Positions 10,772-20,414 of a stretch of DNA of 64,000 bases are shown here, in pieces (within the stretch, counting starts at the first letter, position 1; each line of letters begins with the position of its first letter). Made by a program: the position numbers and the translations under genes. The DNA is from an uncultured delta proteobacterium. Lineage in GTDB: Bacteria; Desulfobacterota; Desulfobaccia; Desulfobaccales; 0-14-0-80-60-11. The stretch lies in contig CAVTZS010000010.1 of the NCBI GenBank assembly GCA_963739295.1, positions 42,931-106,930 on the forward strand, in the 5' to 3' direction. Below the pieces are notes generated by a model, which was given only the letters and a program-made list of their open reading frames with translations, did no database searches and was not told where the DNA came from.

Positions 10772-11580
10772 CCTTCCACCTTTTGCATCCGGTCAAGGGT
10801 CTTTTTATTTAGATGGAAAAGAGAGTCATACATTTTTTCTTTGAAGGTGCCCGGCCCCGAGGATGCTTGGGCGGCGACTTCTGCGGCAATGCCAAAGGTG
10901 ACCAGGGCGGCGGCCGCGGCCAGGGCCAGGTCCGGTTCCACCGCGGCAAAGGTCCCGATCATGGAGGTAGCCATGCAGCCGGTGCCGACAATCCGGCTCA
11001 TCAGGGGATGCCCATTTTTTATTATATAAAGCGAGAAACCATCAGTAACAATGTCTTCTTTGCCCGTTACCACTACGGTGGCGTGGCGCTTTTGGGCCAG
11101 TTGCCGGGCCATTTCTTTCAGATTCTTGTTGACCCGGGAGGCATCCACCCCCTTGGTCTTGACCTCTTCGCCGCTAATCCGGGCGATTTCGGAAGTATTG
11201 CCCTTGATGAGGTCGATCCTCACTTCCTCCAGCAATTCCCAGCACTTCCGGTCCCGCAAGTCGGTGGCCCCGGCCCCGCAGGCGTCCAGGACCACGGGAA
11301 TGCCCTTGTCATTAGCACTCCGGGCCGCCACCTTCATGGCTTCGACGAAATCCACCGTCAGGGTGCCGATATTCAGAACCAGCGCGGCGGCGATTGCCGT
11401 CATCTGCGCCACTTCTTCGGGGGCATGGGCCATAACCGGGGAAGCGCCCAGCACTTTAACAATATTGGCGCAGTCATAAATGGTGACCCAATTCGTCAAA
11501 TGATGGATAACCGGCTTTTGCGTCCTGATTTTTTTCAGCAAGCCGTAGGCGTCAATTTTTATTTTAGTCATTACGCCCAA
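10768..11580 (-). CDS. thiM: Hydroxyethylthiazole kinase
   Basis: HHLTNWVT, GASPVMA, NIGTL, KGNTSEI, GTGC. Confidence 0.96.
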   Translation of the reverse strand: MGVMTKIKIDAYGLLKKIRTQKPVIHHLTNWVTIYDCANIVKVLGASPVMAHAPEEVAQMTAIAAALVLNIGTLTVDFVEAMKVAARSANDKGIPVVLDACGAGATDLRDRKCWELLEEVRIDLIKGNTSEIARISGEEVKTKGVDASRVNKNLKEMARQLAQKRHATVVVTGKEDIVTDGFSLYIIKNGHPLMSRIVGTGCMATSMIGTFAAVEPDLALAAAAALVTFGIAAEVAAQASSGPGTFKEKMYDSLFHLNKKTLDRMQKVEG

Positions 11581-11793
11581 AAGGATCTCCTGGGTAAACA
11601 GAACGCTCCAATGGTCTCAAGGTATAAGCCGGGGTTAAAGGGACATGGGCCTGGTTTTGTCCTAAGGTGGGGCCTCAGAAAGTGGCGGGGCAACCCAGGC
11701 CGGTCCTTATTTCCTGATTTTCCCTTGGTTTATCAGGGGGCTATATGTTAGGATAAATTATATTTAGGGGCACGGGGAAAAGAAAGGGATTTT

Positions 11794-12438
11794 ATGGAAG
11801 TCTGGGTGTTGGTCGGTATAGCCACCACCTCTTTTATCGTGGCCCTGTCCGGGGCCTTGATGCCGGGCCCGTTGCTCACGGTGACGGTGGGCGAGGCGGC
11901 CCGGCGGGGGTTCTGGGCCGGCCCCCTGATCATCGTGGGCCATGCCTTGCTGGAGTTGGCCTTAGTATTGCTATTATTGATAGGTTTGGGGGCCTGGCTC
12001 CACCGGCCCCTGATCCTGGGGACCGTGGGAATCGTGGGGGCCGCACTGTTGGGGTGGATGGGCCTGACCCTACTCAAAGCCTCCCGTAACAGTCACCTGG
12101 AGTTCGATCCCCAAGGCCACTCTGGCCTGCACCCGGTCCTGGCCGGGGTCTTGATGAGCGTCGCCAACCCCTACTGGCTCATCTGGTGGCTCACCATCGG
12201 CCTGGGCTACGTGATGTTTGCCACCAAATACGGCCTGCTGGGAGTGGGCCTCTTTTTTGTGGGCCACATCCTGGCCGACTTTGCCTGGTACAGCCTGGTG
12301 GCCGGCGCGGTGGCCCAGGGACGGCGCTTCCTCTCCGACCAACTCTATCGCGGCTTTCTGGCCGCTTGCGGCCTCTTTCTGTTTGTCTTCGGAGGTTACT
12401 TCGGCATCCAAGGGGTGAAATTTTTCCTGAATTCTTGA
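11794..12438 (+). CDS. LysE family translocator
   Basis: SGALMPGP, GHALLE, NPYW..WW, GHILADFAWY. Confidence 0.88.
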   Translation: MEVWVLVGIATTSFIVALSGALMPGPLLTVTVGEAARRGFWAGPLIIVGHALLELALVLLLLIGLGAWLHRPLILGTVGIVGAALLGWMGLTLLKASRNSHLEFDPQGHSGLHPVLAGVLMSVANPYWLIWWLTIGLGYVMFATKYGLLGVGLFFVGHILADFAWYSLVAGAVAQGRRFLSDQLYRGFLAACGLFLFVFGGYFGIQGVKFFLNS

Positions 12439-12456
12439 ACTTGGGAGCAGGCGGAA

Positions 12457-13080
12457 ATGATCCAAAAGGCTCTGCTGGTGGGATTGCTGGAAGTCAATTG
12501 CTATATTTTGGGGGATGAAGAGTCCAAGGAAGCTGTGGTCATCGACCCCGGCGGCAACGAGGAAGATATCCTGGAGGGCCTCCGGTACCACGACTTGCAC
12601 CTTAAGCTGATCATCGACACTCACGGTCATTTTGACCATGTGGACGCCAACCAGCCCGTAAAAGAGGCTACTGGGGCCCAAATCGCCATCCATGCGCTGG
12701 ACGCCCATATGTTGACCGTGCCTTCCAAGGATGCCCTCTTCTTCACCGGGAACCGGGCGCGCACCTCCCAGGCGGATGTCCTGCTGAAAGAAGGCGATGT
12801 CATCACCTTCGGTAATTACCACTTAAAAGTGCTCCACACCCCGGGACACACGCCTGGACACATCAGCCTGGTGCTGGAAAACCATACCCTGGTCTATGTG
12901 GGGGACCTGCTTTTTGCCGGCTCCATCGGCCGCACCGACTTTCCCGGGGGCTCCTTTGAGGCCCTGATTAACGCGGTGAAAACCAAAATCTTTCCTCTGG
13001 GGGACCAATATACCGTTTTCCCAGGACACGGACCGGTCACCACCGTGGGCCATGAACGGAAGTATAACCCGTTTTTTTAG
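12457..13080 (+). CDS. MBL-fold metallo-hydrolase (glyoxalase II-like)
   Basis: THGHFDH, HTPGHTPG, GDLLFAGSIGRTD, PGHG. Confidence 0.92.
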   Translation: MIQKALLVGLLEVNCYILGDEESKEAVVIDPGGNEEDILEGLRYHDLHLKLIIDTHGHFDHVDANQPVKEATGAQIAIHALDAHMLTVPSKDALFFTGNRARTSQADVLLKEGDVITFGNYHLKVLHTPGHTPGHISLVLENHTLVYVGDLLFAGSIGRTDFPGGSFEALINAVKTKIFPLGDQYTVFPGHGPVTTVGHERKYNPFF

Positions 13081-13091
13081 GGGAGGATGTT

Positions 13092-13133
13092 AGGGGAGGG
13101 GGCCAGGGGCCGCAGGCCCCTGGCCCTCCCTCC
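13092..13133. repeat. Single G/C-rich palindromic repeat module
   Basis: GGGGAGGGGGCCAGGGGCCGCAGGCCCCTGGCCCTCCC. Confidence 0.75.
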
Positions 13134-13144
13134 AGATACTGTGT

Positions 13145-14362
13145 ATGATTTACAACGGGAAGCGGATATTATTGGGTATAAGTGGTGGGATTGCCGCGTA
13201 CAAGGCGGCGGAGGTAGCCCGGCGTCTGGTGAGTTGCGGCGCCAGGGTCAAGGTGGTGATGACCCGGGCGGCCCAGGAGTTCGTCACACCCCTCACCTTT
13301 CAGGCCTTGACCGGCGAGAAGGTGGGAACCGCCTTGTTTGGTCCGGAAAGTGACCCCCTGGAGCATGTGGCCCTGGGGCAGGAAGTTGACGCCATTATCC
13401 TGGCGCCGGCCACCGCCAATCTCATCGGCAAGATGGCCGCGGGCCTCGGCGACGATTTGCTGAGCACGCTTATGCTGGCAGCTACCAGGCCAACCCTGGT
13501 CTGCCCGGCCATGAACGTGGAAATGTGGGGCAATGCGGCGGTGCAGGAAAACCTGGCCCGCCTCAAGGCCCGGGGGATGGAGGTGATGGAGCCGGAGTCC
13601 GGGCTCTTGGCCTGCGGCGCGGTGGGGCTGGGCCGGCTGCCGGAGCCGGAGGCGATTATCGAGGCCGGGGCGCGGCTACTTAGCCCCCAGGACCTGGCGG
13701 GCCAGCGTCTCCTGGTCACCGGCGGCCCCACTAATGAAGACCTGGACCCGGTAAGGTTTTTAACCAACCGTTCCAGCGGCAAGATGGGCTATGCCCTGGC
13801 CCGGGTGGCCTGGCGCCGAGGGGCCGAAGTCTGCCTGGTGAGCGGCCCTTCGGCCCTCTCCGCCCCCTACGGGGTGAAGCTTAAAAAGGTGCGGTCCGCC
13901 CTGGACATGCATCAAGCGGTGGCGGAACGCTTTCACCAGGTGGATGCCTTGTTGATGGCCGCGGCGGTGAGCGACTATCGGCCTGCCGCCTCTGAGGCCC
14001 AGAAGATCAAGCGGGGGCCACAGGAGGTGCAGCTGCCGCTCACCCAGAATCCAGATATTTTGAAGGAAATTAGCCTCCTCAAGAAAGGGCAGATAGTGGT
14101 GGGCTTCGCGGCGGAGACCCACGACCTGGAGGCCGAGGCCCAGCGCAAAATGGAGGAAAAGAAGCTGGACCTCATCGTGGCCAATGACGTCAACCGGCCC
14201 GATTCCGGTTTCCAGGTGGACACCAATGAGGTTACCATTATCGACCGGGAGGGCGGGATAGTTCGTCTGCCCCTGCTCACCAAGGAAGAGGTGGCCGAAA
14301 AGGTCCTGGATCGGGTGGTGGAGCTGCTGGCAGCCCGGGCCCGAGAGGGTGAAGGTGCCTGA
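13145..14362 (+). CDS. coaBC: Phosphopantothenoylcysteine decarboxylase/ligase
   Basis: GGIAAYK, APATAN, PAMN, DPVRFLTNRSSGKMG, AAAVSDY, GFAAET. Confidence 0.97.
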   Translation: MIYNGKRILLGISGGIAAYKAAEVARRLVSCGARVKVVMTRAAQEFVTPLTFQALTGEKVGTALFGPESDPLEHVALGQEVDAIILAPATANLIGKMAAGLGDDLLSTLMLAATRPTLVCPAMNVEMWGNAAVQENLARLKARGMEVMEPESGLLACGAVGLGRLPEPEAIIEAGARLLSPQDLAGQRLLVTGGPTNEDLDPVRFLTNRSSGKMGYALARVAWRRGAEVCLVSGPSALSAPYGVKLKKVRSALDMHQAVAERFHQVDALLMAAAVSDYRPAASEAQKIKRGPQEVQLPLTQNPDILKEISLLKKGQIVVGFAAETHDLEAEAQRKMEEKKLDLIVANDVNRPDSGFQVDTNEVTIIDREGGIVRLPLLTKEEVAEKVLDRVVELLAARAREGEGA

Positions 14363-15056
14363 AGATCCAGTACAGGAACTGCGGGAGCTAGTGGTGGGCC
14401 TGTCGGGCTGGCTCCGCTATCAACGGCGTTTGGGGCGGCTGGGTTTGCCGGGAGAAGTGGTGCGCCCCCCGGAGCAGCAGACTGAAAAGGAAGAATTCCC
14501 CACCCTGGAGGGAATCCGGGCGGAGATGGGGAACTGCCGGCGGTGCAAGCTCTACCCCGGGGCCACTCACTTAGTCTTTGGCGACGGCCCTCCGGACGCG
14601 GATTTGATGTTCATCGGAGAGGCCCCCGGCGAGGAGGAAGACCGCCAGGGGCTGCCCTTTGTGGGCCCGGCGGGACAACTCTTGAACAACCTGCTAAATA
14701 AACTGGGGCTGCGCCGGGAAGAGGTTTATATCACCAACGTGGTCAAGAGCCGTCCGCCAGGGAACCGGGAACCCGAACCCGATGAAATTGCGGCCTGTAT
14801 CCCTTTCCTGAAAAGGCAAATCCAGGCCGTACGGCCCCGGGTGATCGTTACCCTGGGAAGGGTGGCGACCCAGGCCCTCCTGGGCACCAAGGAGCCCTTG
14901 ACCAAGTTGCGGGGCCGTTGGCAAAGGTACAACCATATCCGGGTGATGCCGACGTTTCACCCCTCGTATCTCCTTCGCTTTCCCCAGGAGCGGCATAAGA
15001 CCTGGGGGGACATGCAGCAGGTGATGGAGTCTTTAGCGGGCCATGAAGAAATTTAG
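14349..15056 (+). CDS. Uracil-DNA glycosylase, family 4
   Basis: CRRCKL, GEAPG, PFVG.AG, RPPGNR, FHPSYLLR. Confidence 0.93.
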   Translation: MKVPEDPVQELRELVVGLSGWLRYQRRLGRLGLPGEVVRPPEQQTEKEEFPTLEGIRAEMGNCRRCKLYPGATHLVFGDGPPDADLMFIGEAPGEEEDRQGLPFVGPAGQLLNNLLNKLGLRREEVYITNVVKSRPPGNREPEPDEIAACIPFLKRQIQAVRPRVIVTLGRVATQALLGTKEPLTKLRGRWQRYNHIRVMPTFHPSYLLRFPQERHKTWGDMQQVMESLAGHEEI

Positions 15057-16335
15057 ACCTTATCTTTTCCTTCCTTTGATCCTGCTGTGGCTGTCTGGGG
15101 TTAATCCCGGGATGGCGGCGACCCGGGCGGTTTACGTGCTGCCCGCGGTGGGCTCCATTAATCCGGGCTTGGGGGATTTTATTATAGGGGGTATCCGCAC
15201 CGCGGAAAAGGAACAAGCCGAAGCCCTGGTGATCCAATTAGACACCCCCGGAGGGTTGGATACCTCCATGCGGCAGATCTGCCAGGCAATTATCAATGCC
15301 AAAGTTCCGGTGATCGTCTACGTTTTCCCCCGGGGAGCCCGGGCCGCCTCTGCCGGGGTGATGGTTACGGAATCAGCCAATATTGCCGCCATGTCTCCGG
15401 GCACCAATATCGGCGCGGCCCATCCCGTATCCGTGGGAATGGGCCAGATGAGCAAGACCATGGAACAGAAGATGGTCAACGATATGGCGGCCTATGGCCG
15501 CGCCCTGGCCATCGAGCGGGGCCGCAATGCCGAATGGGTGGAAAAAGCCATCCGACAAAGCGTCTCTATTACCGCCAGCGAAGCGCTGAAGCTTAAAGTC
15601 ATCGATGTGATGGCGGACGATCTGGAAGATTTGCTGAAAAAGGTCGATGGCCGCACGGTAGAGGTGGCCGGGAAAAAGCGCCAACTGCGCACCTTAGGAG
15701 TGCCGGTGCGGGAGATTCCCGAGGGCCTGCGCACCAAGATCCTCAAGACCATCGCTGATCCCAATATTGCCTTTATTCTGATGATGCTGGGATTGGCCGG
15801 AATCTACTTCGAACTGGCCCACCCGGGGGCAGTCCTCCCCGGGGTAGTGGGAGCCATCTGCCTACTCCTGGCCTTCTTCGCCTTCCAGACCTTGCCAGTC
15901 AACTACATTGGCATCCTTTTGATTTTGCTGGCATTTGTTTTCTTCATCCTGGAATTTAAGCTCACCAGCTACGGATTGCTGTCATTGGCAGGAATAGCCT
16001 CACTTTTCTTCGGGTCCATGATGCTGTTTCGGGGGGGAGAAACGGGAATGGGTATTGCCTGGGGGGTCTTGATTCCCACAGTGGCCATTATTTCTCTGTT
16101 TTTCATCGTAATAGCCGGGATAGTCTTCCGGGTTCACCTGCGACGGTCCATGACCGGCAGTGCCGGGATGGTGGGGGAAAGGGGAGTGGCCCATACCCGC
16201 CTGGCTCCGGAAGGCAGGGTCTTCGTCCACGGGGAGTACTGGCAGGCCATGAGTGAGGAGCCCATTGAGGCCGGGGAACCCATTGAGGTGGTGAAAGTCA
16301 TAAGTTTGAAACTCCTGGTGCGCCGGGGGAGATAA
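15043..16335 (+). CDS. nfeD: NfeD family membrane-bound serine protease (ClpP-class)
   Basis: LDTPGG, RAASAG, GAAHPV, TM block, C-terminal OB domain G.V.VHGEYW; precedes a slipin. Confidence 0.9.
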   Translation: MKKFRPYLFLPLILLWLSGVNPGMAATRAVYVLPAVGSINPGLGDFIIGGIRTAEKEQAEALVIQLDTPGGLDTSMRQICQAIINAKVPVIVYVFPRGARAASAGVMVTESANIAAMSPGTNIGAAHPVSVGMGQMSKTMEQKMVNDMAAYGRALAIERGRNAEWVEKAIRQSVSITASEALKLKVIDVMADDLEDLLKKVDGRTVEVAGKKRQLRTLGVPVREIPEGLRTKILKTIADPNIAFILMMLGLAGIYFELAHPGAVLPGVVGAICLLLAFFAFQTLPVNYIGILLILLAFVFFILEFKLTSYGLLSLAGIASLFFGSMMLFRGGETGMGIAWGVLIPTVAIISLFFIVIAGIVFRVHLRRSMTGSAGMVGERGVAHTRLAPEGRVFVHGEYWQAMSEEPIEAGEPIEVVKVISLKLLVRRGR

Positions 16336-16353
16336 ATTTTTAAGGAGGCGGGC

Positions 16354-17133
16354 ATGCCTACGTTTGCCATAGTGATTGTCGTGCTGGTGGTGTTCTTCCT
16401 GATGAGCGCCATTAAGATCCTGAACGAGTACGAACGGGGGGTCATTTTCCGGCTGGGCCGGGCCCTGGAGTGGGCCAAAGGCCCGGGCCTGATCATCCTC
16501 ATCCCCATCGTGGATAGGATGGCTAAGGTCAACCTGCAGTTGGTCACCTACGATGTCCCTTCCCAGGACATCATTACCCGGGACAACGTGACGATGAAGG
16601 TGAATGCGGTGGTCTATTTCCGGGTGATCGATCCCTTGAAGGCCGTGATCGAGGTGCGAGACTACTATAGCGCCACCCAACTCCTGGCCCAGACCACCTT
16701 ACGGAGCGTCTGCGGCCAGGTGGACCTGGACGATTTGCTCTCCGCCCGGGATAAGGTCAACGCCCAACTGGCGGAGATCCTGGACAAGCACACCGATCCC
16801 TGGGGCATCAAAGTGAGCCTGGTGGAACTGCGGGCCATTGACCTGCCCATCGAGATGCAGCGGGCCATGGCCAAACAGGCGGAGGCGGAACGGGAACGCC
16901 GGGCCAAGATCATCAATGCCGAAGGGGAATTCCAGGCCGCCGCCAAGATGGCCGACGCCGCCCGGGTGCTGGCCACCGAACCCATGTCCCTGACCCTGCG
17001 CTACCTGCAGACCCTGAGGGAAATCGCCGCGGAAAAGAACTCCACCACCCTGTTCCCCATCCCCATCGACCTGATCAAACCATTCCTCCAGATCGCCGAA
17101 AGGCTGGAAGTACAGGGGGAAAAGAAGGGATAA
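16354..17133 (+). CDS. Slipin / stomatin (SPFH) family protein
   Basis: [43 protein letters not shown]. Confidence 0.95.
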   Translation: MPTFAIVIVVLVVFFLMSAIKILNEYERGVIFRLGRALEWAKGPGLIILIPIVDRMAKVNLQLVTYDVPSQDIITRDNVTMKVNAVVYFRVIDPLKAVIEVRDYYSATQLLAQTTLRSVCGQVDLDDLLSARDKVNAQLAEILDKHTDPWGIKVSLVELRAIDLPIEMQRAMAKQAEAERERRAKIINAEGEFQAAAKMADAARVLATEPMSLTLRYLQTLREIAAEKNSTTLFPIPIDLIKPFLQIAERLEVQGEKKG

Positions 17134-17141
17134 GAGTTGAT

Positions 17142-17348
17142 TTGGGGGGAGGGCCAGGGAGCCGAGCTCCCTGCCCTCCCCCCAAGCCCCCCTCCCAACC
17201 CGCGTAAGTGGCTAGGGGAGGCGGGGCCAAAGGCCCCGCCTCCCCCTATCTAACAACGCTTAAGGGAGTTGGGTGGGGGCTTGGGGGATGGGGTAAGGGC
17301 CGGTGGCACAGGCGTCCCGCCTGTGGAAGCCCTTAGCCCCCTCCCCCA
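17142..17348. repeat. Composite G/C-rich palindromic intergenic repeat
   Basis: Several hairpin modules, one carrying GGTGGCACAGGCGTCCCGCCTGTG in its loop. Confidence 0.8.
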
Positions 17349-17373
17349 GACAAACCATCACGGGAGAAGAAGC

Positions 17374-17706
17374 ATGGCCAAGAAGGAGCGCAAAGAGAAG
17401 AAGGAGAAGCCCCTGGAGAAGATGACCGCCACGGAGCTGCGCAAATATGCCCTGGACCTGGGGGAGATCGAAGGGGTGCACGGCATGAATAAAGAGGAGT
17501 TGCTGGCGGCCATCAAGAAGGTGAAGGGCATCGCCGAGGTGGGGAAACAGGCCGAAAAAGTCAGTATGCGGGACTTAAAAGAAAAGGCCAAAGAGATGCG
17601 GGCCCAGAAGGTGACGGCTATTGCCGCGGCAGAGCCCCGGAAGAAGATCGACATCCTGCGCCGCCGGGCCAACCGCTTGAAAAAACGAACCCGCAAAGCG
17701 GCTTAA
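17374..17706 (+). CDS. Small basic protein with Rho N-terminal-like domain
   Basis: LEKMTATELRKYA...GMNKEELLAAI; ATG after GGGAG SD (ORF-track start lies inside the repeat). Confidence 0.75.
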   Translation: MAKKERKEKKEKPLEKMTATELRKYALDLGEIEGVHGMNKEELLAAIKKVKGIAEVGKQAEKVSMRDLKEKAKEMRAQKVTAIAAAEPRKKIDILRRRANRLKKRTRKAA

Positions 17707-17795
17707 CGGACCGGATTTAATAAGGGCTGGGGCGAAGGCGGCCAGTTAAGGCTGGACCAGTCTCTCCCGCCCGACTCCAGGTCATGGAAATCAAA

Positions 17796-17839
17796 GGCCC
17801 CGCTCATCCTGGCCGGATGAACGGGGCCGCGGCTTTTTT
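17796..17839 (+). terminator. Probable intrinsic terminator
   Basis: GGCCCCGCTCATCC/GGATGAACGGGGCC stem with a T run 5 nt downstream. Confidence 0.5.
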
Positions 17840-17932
17840 AAGAGGGGGCATTCGGCTGGCGGGTCAGTCGGGAAGGGTCCGGCGACGGCGCTCTCGCCCC
17901 AGACCCGGCCACCCTGAGCCGAAAAGTTGAGT

Positions 17933-18517
17933 TCACTTTGAGCCGCGATCCCGCCGGCCCAGGGCGCGCTGGCCCAAGACTTTGAGCCAGGCGCCTCCTT
18001 CCCTCAGGGCCATTTTGCTCAGCCACAAGTAGCGGCGCTGGCCCCAGTAATGCCTGAGGAGCCCGGGAACCGGGAGCGGATGGATATTGATGCGGTGGGG
18101 GGCAAAGTGGCGCCTAAACAGGTAACAGGCCCGGTGGATATGAAGGGAGTCGCTCACCAGGCCCACCTCTTGCAACTCCAGGCTTTTTATCAGGGGCAGG
18201 GTGTTTACCACGGAGGCGGCGGTGTTGCGGCTGGCCTCCTCCAGAACCAGGAAAGGAGCCAGGCGTTCCCGGATTTCGGAGCCCCACTGAGACTCCAGCC
18301 AATCCAGGGCCCAGTGGGCCATGGCCCGGGCCTCGGAGATAGGGGCGCGGCCGGTTAAGCCACCGGTAATGAGGATATATCTATCGAGATAATACTCCCG
18401 CCACAGCTCAAGGGCGTGCACCAGCCGCAGCCGGGCCACCCGTCCAGGTTTCCCTTCCCGATTGAGGCGGGCTCCCAGTACGATGAGGCCGTCCAGAGGC
18501 AGGTGTTCGGAGGGCAT
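17933..18517 (-). CDS. YdcF/DUF218 family protein
   Basis: IVLGA, LITGG, SEARAM, EEASRNT, VSDSLH..RA. Confidence 0.88.
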   Translation of the reverse strand: MPSEHLPLDGLIVLGARLNREGKPGRVARLRLVHALELWREYYLDRYILITGGLTGRAPISEARAMAHWALDWLESQWGSEIRERLAPFLVLEEASRNTAASVVNTLPLIKSLELQEVGLVSDSLHIHRACYLFRRHFAPHRINIHPLPVPGLLRHYWGQRRYLWLSKMALREGGAWLKVLGQRALGRRDRGSK

Positions 18518-18545
18518 AAAGGCTTCTCGTAGTTTTTATTGGCCT

Positions 18546-18672
18546 GGGAAGCGGGGCCTATTAGCCCCGCTTCCCAGGCCCAGCCCTTGTGTGGGTTGGG
18601 AGGGGGGCTTGGGGGGAGGGCAGGTAGGGGCGGTTCGCGAACCGCCCCTACGCCCCTGGCCCTCCCCCCAAC
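18546..18672. repeat. Composite repeat with nested GTAG-type REP
   Basis: GGGGGAGGGCAG-GTAGGGGCGGTTCGCGAACCGCCCCTAC-GCCCCTGGCCCTCCCCC. Confidence 0.8.
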
Positions 18673-18675
18673 ACC

Positions 18676-19413
18676 TTATCTATCCCCTCGCCGTTTCTTC
18701 CGCAGGGCCCGGGCGCCGGCCTTCCAGGGCGGTTCCCCTTTTTTACCGCGAAATTTAGGGGTCTCTTGGAGCAGGCTGGGTATATCCAGGATCAAGGCGC
18801 CGGGGGCGGGCAGGGGCCGAGGCGGCCGCTCCGGTTTAGGTTTATCCCGCCTTTCTGGCGGCGGCGGCAGCTGCAAGAATTCCCGGGGCAGGGCCGGGGC
18901 CAGGAAGAGCTCGTCGCCGTACCCCGTAAAGATGAGGCCAGACCGAGCCGCGCCCTGAGCCTGGACGGTGATGAGGACCGGCTCCGGGGACCGGCGCCGC
19001 CCCAATCTCAGGGCCAGCTCCGGGGTGGTGGCCAAAACCAGTTCCTGGCCGGGGGGAGGCCTTAACCCCTCCTCCCACACCCGACCCTGGGCCTTGGGCG
19101 GGATGGTTGCATAAAGCAAAGATGGCGGGGTTTCCCCAGGTGGACGGCGCAGCCGGGCCGGTCCTGGAGTAAGCCCCCGGATTTGCTCGCCCTTCACCTC
19201 CAAGCGGGGCGGTTGGGAGAGAGCCGCCACTTCCTCTAAATGATGGCGCCGCACAAAACCCCAGCCTGGCTCCGCCCCCAGGACCTGGAGCACTTGCTTG
19301 ATGGGGACAAAACCTTCTTCGGAGAGCACCAGCCCGAACTCATCTGGGCGGTGGCATAGCATGTAGGTGAGCATGCGAGCCAGGGCCTCCGATTGCCGGG
19401 GCAGGCGGGACAT
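18676..19413 (-). CDS. RNA 2'-phosphotransferase (KptA/Tpt1)-like protein, degenerate motifs
   Basis: LTYMLCHRPDEFGLVLSEEGFVPI, EEGLRP, ALRLGRRR..PVLITV pattern. Confidence 0.7.
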   Translation of the reverse strand: MSRLPRQSEALARMLTYMLCHRPDEFGLVLSEEGFVPIKQVLQVLGAEPGWGFVRRHHLEEVAALSQPPRLEVKGEQIRGLTPGPARLRRPPGETPPSLLYATIPPKAQGRVWEEGLRPPPGQELVLATTPELALRLGRRRSPEPVLITVQAQGAARSGLIFTGYGDELFLAPALPREFLQLPPPPERRDKPKPERPPRPLPAPGALILDIPSLLQETPKFRGKKGEPPWKAGARALRKKRRGDR

Positions 19414-19434
19414 GACGATCTCCGACGAGTAATT

Positions 19435-19492
19435 GGGGGGGCAGGTAGGGGCGGTTCGCGAACCGCCCCTACGATCCTGGCCCCTCCCCCTA
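19435..19492. repeat. Repeat module with nested GTAG-type REP
   Basis: GTAGGGGCGGTTCGCGAACCGCCCCTAC inside GGGGGGCAG...CTGGCCCCTCCCCC. Confidence 0.8.
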
Positions 19493-19563
19493 AAACCCTT
19501 TTACCAGAAGGATATTGACAAGGCAATCGCATATGGTAATTTTATAAAGATAGGATTATTCTA

Positions 19564-20058
19564 ATGCCCCAACTACATTTTCACCCGCATCACAAGAAAC
19601 TCTTGCAGGAGGCGGTGGTCATCGCCGAGGAGATGACCTCCGACTTCTTTAAACTCACCCCCAGCCACTGGCGGCGGTATGACATCGCCACCCTGGAGGC
19701 TTTGGAGCAGGAAGAGATTTCCCCTCACGCCCTGGCCTTGGTGGCCAAATATGACGTCCGTCCCCAGGACCGTCATCTGCCCTCAGCCTTTTTTGATTTT
19801 TATCGCATCTGCCTTCAGGACCATAACATCCTCAAGGCCCTGGAGGCCTGGCGGGGCATTACCCTGTTTCCGCTCTTGGTCTATATCCTGACCCATGAGC
19901 TGGTGCACATTGTGCGCTTCAGCCAGTTCTTGGCCCGGTTTGAGGCTTCGGAAGGGGAAAAACTCCAGGAGGAAAGAAAGGTGCACCTGCTGACCCAAAA
20001 GATCATGGCTCCCCTTAATTTTGTCGATTTGCCGCCGGTAATCGGCTATTATATATAG
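19564..20058 (+). CDS. Hypothetical protein with HExxH motif (possible metallopeptidase)
   Basis: LTHELVHIVRF. Confidence 0.7.
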   Translation: MPQLHFHPHHKKLLQEAVVIAEEMTSDFFKLTPSHWRRYDIATLEALEQEEISPHALALVAKYDVRPQDRHLPSAFFDFYRICLQDHNILKALEAWRGITLFPLLVYILTHELVHIVRFSQFLARFEASEGEKLQEERKVHLLTQKIMAPLNFVDLPPVIGYYI

Positions 20059-20078
20059 TTGGCAAGGAGATTGGCAGT

Positions 20079-20369
20079 ATGCCGATTTACGAGTATCAAT
20101 GTGCCGCTTGTGGTCGAATCGTGGAAAAGTGGCAGAAGTTTTCTGAAGAGCCGCTCACGGTTTGCCCCCACTGCGGCGGCAACCTTAGCAAAATCATCAG
20201 TTCGTGCGCCTTCCATCTCAAAGGCAGCGGCTGGTATGTGAGGGATTATGGCGGAAGCCACTCTGCTTCCGGCCAGGCGGAAAAATCCGAAGAGGGCAAA
20301 GAGGCCAAAGGAGCCGAAGAGTCCAAGAAACCGGAACCATCTGACTCCTCCCCACCCAAGATTAAGTGA
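20079..20369 (+). CDS. FmdB family zinc-ribbon protein
   Basis: MPIYEYQC..CG, CPHCGG, FHLKGSGWY..DY. Confidence 0.92.
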   Translation: MPIYEYQCAACGRIVEKWQKFSEEPLTVCPHCGGNLSKIISSCAFHLKGSGWYVRDYGGSHSASGQAEKSEEGKEAKGAEESKKPEPSDSSPPKIK

Positions 20370-20414
20370 GGGACCTGCTAAGGCTCTCCGGGCGAGAGAG
20401 AAAGCGAGAACCTG

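Noticed and set aside
11581-11790. TPP riboswitch expected upstream of thiM-thiE
   Set aside because: No CTGAGA...CCTGA...GCGNAGG core found on the minus strand
17269-17373. N-terminal ORF extensions into repeats (also 24351-24428, 24533-24622, 29570-29641, 55520-55630)
   Set aside because: Gly/Pro-rich translations of intergenic repeats; better SD-linked starts lie downstream
17840-17930. SRP RNA
   Set aside because: Lacks the conserved CAGG-GNRA-AGCA domain IV motif
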